Assembly (NCBI GenBank): GCA_951406725.2
Contig: OX597817.1
Span: 49,724,001-49,788,000, forward strand
Direction of reading: 5' to 3'
Source: Octopus vulgaris
Lineage: Eukaryota
Length of the DNA: 64,000 nucleotides
The notes beneath the pieces were generated by a model. It was not told the origin of the DNA and searched no databases. It worked only from the letters and a program-made list of their open reading frames with translations. This document shows, piece after piece, positions 54,806-64,000 of this stretch; positions within the stretch are counted from its first letter, which is position 1, and each line of letters opens with the position of its first letter. A program made the position numbers and the translations under genes.

Positions 54806-55405
54806 CTTTAAAACTAAGGCATCTCTTTACCAAATTTTGTGGAAGGATTCCGACCACCTGCAAGTGACTAAAATCGGACTGACAGCTTTCTATGAAATAA
54901 AGAACTGCCAGCAGTTGAGGGGAAGCAGTTCAGTGTGAGTCGTTGATTGAGAGTGTTGAGTCTCCTGTAATAATCGTATTGCTTCGTGTAAATATTTCTT
55001 TCCCCTACTTCGTTAAATTATTTATCCAACACCAGGATATAAAATCAAGCAGACGTATGATAAATGCAGTCTAAGCTATTATTAATCCATGTCTTTTTTA
55101 GGCAATATATCGTTCCTTTTATGAACACAGGTGTCGTTTAAAGGAAAATAGGGTGTTGTTTTTGGCAGGTCCTGCTGATAATAATTTCAGTAATATTGCA
55201 AAAAATCGTATAGTGAGTTTATGGTAGATCACGAATCAGAAAATTGTCGCCATTTTTTTCACTAAAAGGACTTGATATTACTTCGATTTTGTATCTGGTT
55301 TGTTGGATATTTAACCAATTGACTAGTAATAAAGGAGTTGTACCAGAGCGTGTGTTAATAATATTGGCATAATGACTCTCCCTTGACTTGATATAAACAT
55401 AAGAT

Positions 55406-55567
55406 AGGCACAGGAGTGGCTGTGTGGTAAATAGTTTGCTTACCAACCACATGGTTCCGGGTTCAGTCCCACTGTGTGACATATTGGGCAAGTGTCTTCT
55501 ACTATAGCCTCGGGCTGACCAAAGCCTTGTGAGTGGATTTGGTAGACGGAATCTGAAAGAAGCTCGT

Positions 55568-55622
<55 letters not shown>

Positions 55623-55845
55623 ATGTATGTATATTTTTGTGTGTCTGTGTTTGTCCCCCACCCCAACATCGCTTGACACCTGATGCTGGTGTGTTTACGT
55701 CCCCGTAACTTAGCGGTTCGGCAAGAGAGACCGGTAGAATAAGTACTAGGCTTACAAAGAATAAGTCCTGGGGTCGATTTGCTCGGTTAAAAGCGGTGCT
55801 CGAGCATGGCCGCAGTCAAATGGCTGAAACAAATAAAAGAATAAG
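55406..55845 (+). mobile_element. SINE family B, full length, CpG-rich
   Basis: tRNA-like head, internal (TA)n and conserved 3' body. Confidence 0.87.
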
Positions 55846-56101
55846 ATAAAAAAATATATCCTGGCATTACGTATACAACAATAGAACTCACTGACCACGA
55901 GGATTACGATAAATCACTATCGTCGGACTACAATGCCATTCCACCTTGATATGGGTCAGTGAACTGTTCTTTCTTATTAACATTCCTAAGCAATTTCCCT
56001 GCTTGGTAGATTTTTCCTGCCAACGACGGGACTTTTTACTTATCTATAAAAGCAAAATATTAAAGCTGCGCTGTTTAATATTGGAAATATTTTATTGTCA
56101 A

Positions 56102-56468
56102 CTAGCACTATGACCCGGCAACGCCGGGTCATAGTGCTAGTGCATGCATATACAGCTGCGTGCGTGCACACATACACGCGAGTACTGTCCAAATCTCCGA
56201 CTAATCACATACAGCTAGCTGGCATTCATTTGGCGTATCAAGTTTCGGGCATTTTGATTGGGTTTTGGATAGAAAATTCACAAAAAAGTTACTTCTATTG
56301 ATTTTTTTAATGGCTTTGCGGGATGACTGGAGAACTGTAAAGATGTGCACGACCACCCTTGAACGGTTTTGAATGACCATAGAAAGTGCGAGTCCTCTAA
56401 CTGAAAAATTGTGGATTTGTATAAAGGACACACACACAGACATTTTGCCGTTTATATATATATAGAGA
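56102..56468 (-). mobile_element. non-autonomous Helitron
   Basis: Minus strand starts TCTCTATATATAT...ATGTCTGTGTG and ends with a GC-rich hairpin followed by CTAG. It sits between host A and T with no TSD. Confidence 0.8.
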
Positions 56469-57169
56469 TAATATTTGCATACTGAAAAACTAAAGAAAAG
56501 TAACGCAACTCTCTCTTTCTCCCCTTTTGGGTAAATTATGTTAATGTTGACCGGTATATCTGCGCAGATTAAAGTTACGGCCATCTTCAAGATGTTTACT
56601 CGAAGTATTGCAGTTTCATATGTCTGCGGAACTCGAAATCTCATAATTGACCTTATGTTGATAAGGATTGGCCCCAGAGACTAACCACGAACCCTGAAAT
56701 TTCGCTCGTCAGACAAAATGTTTTATAGGATATCTTCTGACACTAGGTTCTGAGTTTAAATACCTCCGAAGTTAGTTTTTACTTTTCCTCCCTTTGGCGG
56801 TCGATGAAATTGACTTGTCCCTGCACCACAAATTTGCGGTCTTTGAACCCTACAACGGACCAGTGTCCCGTTCAGAGGTATGTCGTAGCTTCGGTCATTT
56901 ATACTCCATGGAAATCGGGTAGTCAGCTTTATGAATCCCAAGGTTCGGGAGAGAAAAAAAGAAGAGTGAAATATGCTAAGTTAAACTGATAAAATATGTA
57001 CCATAGCAACACATTGACCTGGAATATTAAAACTAAATTTTCATTTAATTTTAAGAAAAATAATTGAGGAGAAACTGAGTGTTGTAAATACTCTAAACAC
57101 TGACCATGTGACTTTGAGCGACAAGCCAATTGCAAACGTTAGCGAATTTAATTATCGAGGCACGAAAAT

Positions 57170-57600
57170 AACAATGGATGAAGATTTATTCATGAAATAA
57201 ATTCAAGAATTAGCAAACCAATCATTCGGTATGTTAAATTCAATAGGGAAACCATCAATACTCGACAAGAGCACCAAAATACGATTTTACAAAAGCGATA
57301 TATTTAGCATCCTCCTCTTTGGATCTGAATGTTGGAAAACAGCCAAAAGTATTGAAAAGGTGGTATTTCAAAATAAATGTTTATGAAAAATTGTGAAGGT
57401 CTACTTGCCGAATATGATCTCGAGTAGTCAACTACACACCAAGGCTAACGTGAGATTAATAAGAGAATCTATTGAAGTAAGGAGATGGAAATGGCTGGGT
57501 CGAGTTTGTCGCTATAAACCGAACTCACTTGTCAGGATCGCTTTGCAATAGGTTCCACAAGGCAAAAGGAGATGGGGCCGACGAAAGGAAACGTCGATGA
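57170..57600 (+). pseudogene. RTE-clade LINE ORF2 C-terminal fragment
   Basis: TKIRFYKS..SILLFGSECWKT...FQNKCL*KIVKVYLPNMISS...RRWKWLGRVCR...PQGKRRWGR, with stops. Confidence 0.75.
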
Positions 57601-58082
57601 AAACATAACCTCCTTCCTTGCTGGAGGTAATAAGTTTGCCAGTGCTAAAATCACAACTGAGAAGAGATTTTATACTCTAGTCCACAAACAATGCACCAGA
57701 GAAAGAAATCTAAAGGATAAAACAAACATTAATTTACAACGTATATTTTAGCAGACTTGGCTAAAGAAGAATACGGATACATGTACAACAAATACACCCA
57801 GGAGTACATCCAATAAAAACTCACAAATCATACAATATTTATATGCTTAACAACTATTGAACCGTCACAAAACGGAATACGAAGTGCATCACATCCAACC
57901 ATAAAATTAAAACTAAAGATATATTATAAAAAACATAAAAATAACTACTGGGGGCTATTTGCTCGACTGAACCCTTCAAGGCAGTACCCCAGTGTGGTCG
58001 CAGTCCAATGACTGAAAAAAGTAAATGTGGAGAAATGGTATGACCAGAAAATATATTTCTATTATTATTTATGATAGTACTA

Positions 58083-58690
58083 AGGCGGTGAGCTGGCAGA
58101 ATCGTTAGCACGCTGGGCGAAATGCTTAGCGGTAGTTCGTATGCCGCTACGTTCTGAGTTCAAATTCCGCCGAGGTCAACTTTGCCTTTCATCCTTTCGG
58201 GGTCGATTAAATAAGTACCGGTTACGCACTGAGATCGATATAATCGACTTAATCCGTTTGTCTGTCCTTGTTTGTCTCCTCTGTGTTTAGCCCCTTGTTG
58301 GTAGTAAAGAAATAGGTATTTCGTCTGCCGCTACATTCTGAGTTCAAATTCCGCCGAGGTCGACTTTGCCTTTCATCCATCGGCTGATGAAATAAGTACC
58401 AGTTACGCACTTAATCCCTTCCCTCAAATTTGAGGCCTTGTGCTTCCAGTAGAAAGGATGATTTATGATAGTACTAAGGTGGTGAGCTGGCAGAATCGTC
58501 AGCACGCCGGACAAAATGCATAGGGGCATTTCCTCCGCCTTTACAGTCCGAGTTCAAATTCCGCCGCCGAGATTGACTTTGTCTTTTATCCTTCAGGATC
58601 GATAAATTAGTTATCATTTGAATACTTGGGTTACAGTAATCGATTTACACTCTCCCCTGAAATTGCTGGCTTCATGCCAAAATTTGAAAG
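58083..58690 (+). mobile_element. two tandem family-A SINEs
   Basis: Copies at 58083-58458 and 58477-58690, separated and flanked by the same 16-bp target. Confidence 0.85.
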
Positions 58691-59789
58691 CATTATTTAT
58701 AATAGTACTATTGGTTAAATTAAAAACCACCAAACCCTCACTATAAACTTAGATACGTTTCGACCAAATATTGGTCCAGGCCATGTCTAACTTAATAGCA
58801 CCACCTGATATGATTATCTAAATCCTGTTTAAGTCAAATTTTGTTTATGGTCCATTCAAGTAGTGAGTTTTTGTTGGGTGAGTTGTATCCAATTATGGGT
58901 GGCTTATCTGGTATTCCTTGAAGGAATCCAGACTCCGTTTAAAGTTGATGGGATCATTTTCCTCTTTGATTTTCTTTCGGGACAATGTTAAATAGGGCAG
59001 GGCCTGTTGAGGAAAAGAAATTATGTTGCACTATATACTACTATACTATACTATGAACACTATCATACTATACTGTAGCTATTTTTCTTTCCGGTTCAAA
59101 ATGATGCCTCCATACCTTAATAAATGAGACGTCTTTCGGACTAAAAAAAAATGAGAAGAAAAATGCGAAAAAAAAAAGATAAGAAAAATAGGTGGATTAT
59201 TATAAAGGGATAAAATAATTAACCTATTAAGATTCTTATCAAATAATATAATATTTCCAACATACATCTGCTAGTGAGAATGTAGAGAAATTACTCGTTC
59301 AGGTGTGATTAAACGTTGCAGAGATAAAAAAAAAGGTGAAAGAAAGAGCAGACGACATGAAGGGTAAGAAGAAGAAGAAAGCCATTGGCTATATCAAAAG
59401 TTAAATAGTTTCGTGTAATTAACTCCCTACGGCAATATATTCCACAATTATAATGTTTTCAGTACCGCCGGTGGGAGAAAGTTTGACTGACGAAGAAAAG
59501 AAAAGAAAAGAAAAGAAGAGAGAAGAAGAAGAAAGAAAAAAAAAACTACCATTTCAACTATTGTTTATTAAACAGTGACAGCAACAACAGCAACAACATC
59601 GGCAACAACAACTAATGCCAGGTAATTACATAGAGAAATTTATTATCTCGCTGAGGCAGGTTAAAAGTCTTGCGTTCTCTATTTGTTGCTTTCTGCATTT
59701 TGGTCTCATCTCTTCTCCATTTATTAATTAAATAAATAAATAAATAAATAAATAAAGCTGAGTTTTGTTGGGAGCGAAACTTGTCTCTG

Positions 59790-59790
59790 A

Positions 59791-59826
<36 letters not shown>

Positions 59827-60350
59827 GGTGGTGGTGGTGGTGGTGGTGGCGGCGGCGGTGGTGGTGTTTTTTGGCGGTAATAATGAGAAGTCATCAAGGT
59901 GGACTAGGAAAATAGTGAACGCATCAGTCGATTAGCCTGCTCTCATCGGAACTTGTGCATTAGAGAGAGGGGGAGAAAGAGAGAAGGGGGAGAAAGAGAG
60001 AGAGAGAGAGAAAGAAAGAGAGAGACAGAGAGAGAGAGAAAGAGAGAAACAGACAGAAAGAGAGAGAGAGAGAGAGAGACAGAAAGGGAGGGAGAGAGAG
60101 GGAGAGACAGACAGACAGATACAGACAAAGAGAGAGATAGAGATAGAGTGAAAGTGAGTGTGTGTGTGTATGAGTGTGCGTGTGTGTGTGTGTGCGTGTA
60201 TTCATGTATGAAGATATAGACAGTTATCTCCTTATCCTTATAAATGCATATATAGACATATAATACACACACACATACATACATACACACACACACACAC
60301 ATACATACATACATACATACATACATACATACATACATACATACATACAT
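59790..60350. repeat. cluster of (GTA)n, (GGT)n, (GA)n and (CATA)n microsatellites
   Basis: Direct inspection. Confidence 0.9.
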
Positions 60351-60623
60351 TTACACAAAAGCCTAGTGATACTATTTTTTTCTCAAAGAAAGAGCAAAAT
60401 AAACTGATACGGGTTCTCCGAACCCAATTTTTGTATGTGGTAGAGTGAGGATCTTTAAGTCATTCCAAAGATCGACCATCTGAAACTTAGCTCAGCCAAC
60501 AAGCCGAGTCAACCACATATTTACAAACACCGGGAACTATCTTAAATCAAAATTTCGTTTCGCTTTGTTAGCGACCGGCTTGAAGTGTCTTAAGAACTTG
60601 ATTAAAACTCTAAGAAAAGTCAT

Positions 60624-60860
60624 GGGCGCAAGAGTGGCTGTGTGGTAAGTAGCTTGTTTACCAGCCATATGGTTCCGGGTTCAGTTCCACTGCGAGTCTT
60701 CTACTACAGCTTTGGGAGTGGATTAGGTAGACGGAAACTGAAAGAAGCCCATCGTGTATATATGTGTATGTCCGTGTCCACCATCGCTTGACAGCCGATG
60801 CTAGAGTGTTTACGTCCCTGTAATTTAGGTGTTCGGCAAAAGAGACCAATACTAGGCTTA
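60624..60860 (+). mobile_element. SINE family B with internal deletions
   Basis: Consensus match. Confidence 0.75.
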
Positions 60861-60874
60861 TTTGATATAAAGAT

Positions 60875-61279
60875 CTTTTCTACTCTAGGCACAAGGCCAG
60901 AAGTTTTGGGGGAGGGGCCCAGTCGATTAGATCGACCCCAGTACGCAACTGGTACTTAATTTATTGACCCCGGAAGTATGAAAGGCAAAGTCGACCTCGG
61001 CGGAATTTGAACTCAGAACGTAACGGCAGACGAAATACCTATTTCTTTACTACCCACAAGGGGCTAAACACAGAAAGGACAAACAAGGAGAGACAAACGG
61101 ATTAAACGGATTAAGTCGATTATATCGACCCCAGTGCGTAACTGGTACTTATTTAATCGACCCCGGATGGATGAAAGGCAAAGTCGACCTCGGCGGAATT
61201 TGAACTCAGAACGTAGCGGCAGACGAAATACCGCGAAGCATTTCGCCCGGCGTGCTAACGTTTCTGCCAGCTTGCCGCC
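60875..61279 (-). mobile_element. SINE family A, dimeric, CpG-rich
   Basis: Near-consensus reverse complement. Confidence 0.85.
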
Positions 61280-61619
61280 TGAATATCCACCGAGGTGCAA
61301 TTCCTGTAATCTAAGTCTAATGATTGGGAAATCCCACGCAATTGTATACGAATTATTGGGTATTCATAGTTGAGAAATCTGGTTTCAAAAAGCAAGGGAC
61401 ATCTTGATGTAAGATATAAAAGTAACATTATGATATTATTTTTCTTCTGTTGATGCACTTTACTTGAACAGATTAGATTAATGAGACGAGATGAGAGATT
61501 AATGTATAAAGCTATTTAAAACGTATATGGCGCCCTCTGAACTGTGACTGTTAATTGTCGTAAGCATTAACTTGTACCCGAGTAGTAGATCAGTAGCCAG
61601 TGAGTGAGCCTTTTCATCT

Positions 61620-62015
61620 TGATGGGTATGAAGGGTGCCGGTGCCTGAGGTGGCTGTTCAAACCAAGTCTGGTAGAGAAGGGCCGGGAAGAGTTCATGGG
61701 GGATGATGAAGTGCAAGTCACTCTTTGTGTCTTCGAAATCTGATCTCTGCCTCTTGGTGTTTACTATTTTCCATCAGGTCTGTATCCTCTACGATGACAT
61801 GCCGCTACTTTAGGCGGTCTTTGGCGATTGTCTCCCAGATATTTGGACCAATGGAGCAACAGTGGAGAGTGGCCTTGAGCTGGTCACGGAAACAGAATTT
61901 GGTGGCTCCGCATGATCTGGTGCCTGAGGCTAACTTCGCAAAAGGAGTTGACTTGGAGGTGCATTTGAGCCATACGTATGATGTGTCTCAAACGGCGGAG
62001 GCGTTGCTGAGCCGT
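61620..62015 (-). pseudogene. RTE-clade LINE 3' end fragment (second family)
   Basis: Minus strand gives QRLRRLRHIIRM...FRDQLKATL...WETIAKDR...RLGLNSHLR (zinc-finger-like tail), disrupted. Confidence 0.7.
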
Positions 62016-62413
62016 TAATGCAAGGGAAATAACTATTCTTTCACAGCATAAAGCGGGATATGAATCTGCATTGGAAAATTAAGGAGTGTGGGGAAGAAGA
62101 TATATAGAGTCCCCATATTTATTCTTTCATCTATGACGAAACCCTTTCTAGTTAGTGGTAATCATGCATAGGACTATTTCATTCTTTTTAGAAATCTTAA
62201 TTATCCAAGAAATACAAAATAATCAAGAGTGACGCCGTGGATGATACTATACTCTCTTCACTTCTATTTCAGTAAGTAAACTAAAGATACAGACGAAAGA
62301 ATCGACATAACAATTCTGAATAAAAGAATGCTGAGTAAAAGTTTATAATCCAGCTCCTGATCTATTTAGCTACTACGCTCCAATAGAAACCGAATTTTTC
62401 TTTCTTTCTGCCG

Positions 62414-62920
62414 TTAACCCTCCAACGCGGAGTATAGGCCACTTATAACTGAATTCCATGTCGCATAATTTTTCGCTTCTGTACTTATACTCTGCCGTGA
62501 ATGTCCCCCTTTCTCTAGTTCCTTTTGTGTTGATCTCTGCCACGAGTTCTTAGGCCTACCTCTCCTTCTATATCCATCCGGTTTCCACCGTAAAGCACTT
62601 TTTGCTACATTTGGTGTGTCTTTTCTAATTGTGATACCAATCCGCTTCCACTTTTTCTTAAATATTTGTTCCCTAATCGAAACTTTATTTGTTCTTTGCC
62701 ATAACTCCATATTGCTTATGTGTTCGGGCCATCTAATTTTAAGTATACTACGCAAACATCTGTTGATGAATGATTGTATTTGCTTATTTGACTTAACTGT
62801 CGTTCGCCATGTCTCAGCCCCATACAATAACACTGCTTTTACGCTAGTGTTAAAAATTCTTATTTTGTTCTTTATTGAAATTACATTTGCGCTCCATACT
62901 TTCTTGCCTCGTCTTAATAT
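62414..62920 (-). pseudogene. RTE-clade LINE ORF2 C-terminal fragment
   Basis: KIRIFNTSVKAVLLYGAETW...FINRCLRSILKIRWPEHISNMELW...GYRRRGRPKNSWQR. 5'-truncated with no RT core. Confidence 0.85.
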
Positions 62921-63255
62921 CTTCGTCAATAGAAACCGAATAGAAACTTTATAATTTGGACACAAGGCCAGCAATTTTTCAGGGGAAGAAGAAGTCGACC
63001 TCAATGTTCACAGTGGAATTTGAACTTGTCTAGAGCCGGAAGAAATGCCGCTAAGCATTTTGTCCGATTCTGCCAGCTCACTGACTTGAGGTCTTTTATA
63101 GTAGCTGCAACATCGTGAGTTATATGACAATGAGGATTTTTCTTGTAAGTCTGTTCTTTGCAAAGGTTAACTAAAACCAACGCTGCATTTACCATTATGT
63201 AAAATAAATACATGCTCAGGCCATCAAGGGGAGGAGGGCACCACAGAAATAGTAA

Positions 63256-63670
63256 CGCGGCGAGCTGGCTGAAACGTTAGCACGCCGGACGAAATGCTAA
63301 ACGGTATTTCGTCTGTCGCTGCTTTCTGAGTTCAAATTCCACCGAGGTCGACTTTGCCTTTCATCCTTTCGGGGTCGATAAATTAAGTACCAGTTACGCA
63401 CTGGGGTCGATATAATCGACTTAATCCGTCTGTCTGTCCTTGTTTGTCTCCTCTGTGTTTAGCCCCTTGTGGGTAGTAAAGAAATAAGTATTTCGTCTGC
63501 CGTTACGTTCTGAGTTCAAATTCCACCGAGGTCGACTTTGCCTTTCATCCTTTCGGGGTCGATAATTTAAGTACCAGTTACTTACTGGTGTCGATGTAAT
63601 CGACTTCATCCCTTTGTCTGACCTTGTTTTTCCCTTCTATTCTTAGCCCCTTGTGGGCAATAAAGAAATA
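63256..63670 (+). mobile_element. SINE family A, dimeric, with 11-bp TSD
   Basis: agaaatagtaa at 63245-63255 and 63671-63681. Confidence 0.87.
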
Positions 63671-63884
63671 AGAAATAGTAAATGGTTTACGACACAAAGA
63701 AAATAACTTTAACCTTGCAAAAATAAAATTCGAAGTGGTTTATATGATCGGAAATATAATTTCGAAGTGATGATGGTGTCATAGGGAGGATCTGATCAAA
63801 GACTTTGCAATTATAAAAAATAAAATAAATAAATATAAAACGCAAGAGAAGACTTTTCAAATATAAATAAAGTAGAAATATAGA

Positions 63885-64000
63885 AGGCGTAGGAGTGGCT
63901 GTGTGGTAAGTAGCTTGCTTACCAGCCACAGGGTTTCGGGTTCCGGGTTCATTCCCACTGCGTGACACTTTGGGCAAGTGTCTTCTACTATAGCCTCGGG
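63885..64000 (+). mobile_element. SINE family B 5' part (runs off the window)
   Basis: ggcgtaggagtggctgtgtggtaagtagc head. Confidence 0.8.

Noticed and set aside
58750-58776. Half hammerhead on the minus strand (gacc...ggtc-GAAA-cg-TA)
   Set aside because: The CUGANGA half is missing.
62414-63004. 196-aa ORF as a host gene
   Set aside because: The C-terminal part is a truncated RTE LINE ORF2, and the N-terminal part is read from an adjacent SINE remnant.

Overview
AT-rich, microsatellite- and SINE-dense animal genomic DNA. The repeat landscape looks like a coleoid cephalopod (Octopus-like); this is an inference. The only host gene I can support is a + strand MiT/TFE-family bHLH-ZIP transcription factor (MITF/TFEB/TFE3-like). 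Six in-phase GT-AG coding exons lie at 12299-12559, 21626-21730, 36666-36840, 37934-38009, 39437-39584 and 40202-40465, giving 342 aa plus the stop. The start exon(s) were not found and probably lie upstream of the window. The rest consists of three abundant SINE-like families, TTAA-flanked piggyBac-type MITEs, one non-autonomous Helitron, decayed RTE- and HERO/NeSL-type LINE fragments and long microsatellites. Almost all ORFs in the supplied track are repeat artefacts. The most unusual signal is a set of six minimal type-I hammerhead-ribozyme-like motifs in four unrelated small elements, most beside (TA)n tracts and often with fold-back ends. One motif has a fully intact core (20172-20255, antisense), and one pair lies in a tRNA-headed SINE. 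Other notable features are a near-perfect 75-bp hairpin just after the basic-region exon, divergent MiT/TFE regulatory motifs, and a CpG-depletion boundary near 54.7 kb suggesting a ~14-kb 3' UTR. All calls were made by eye, and repeat boundaries are approximate.
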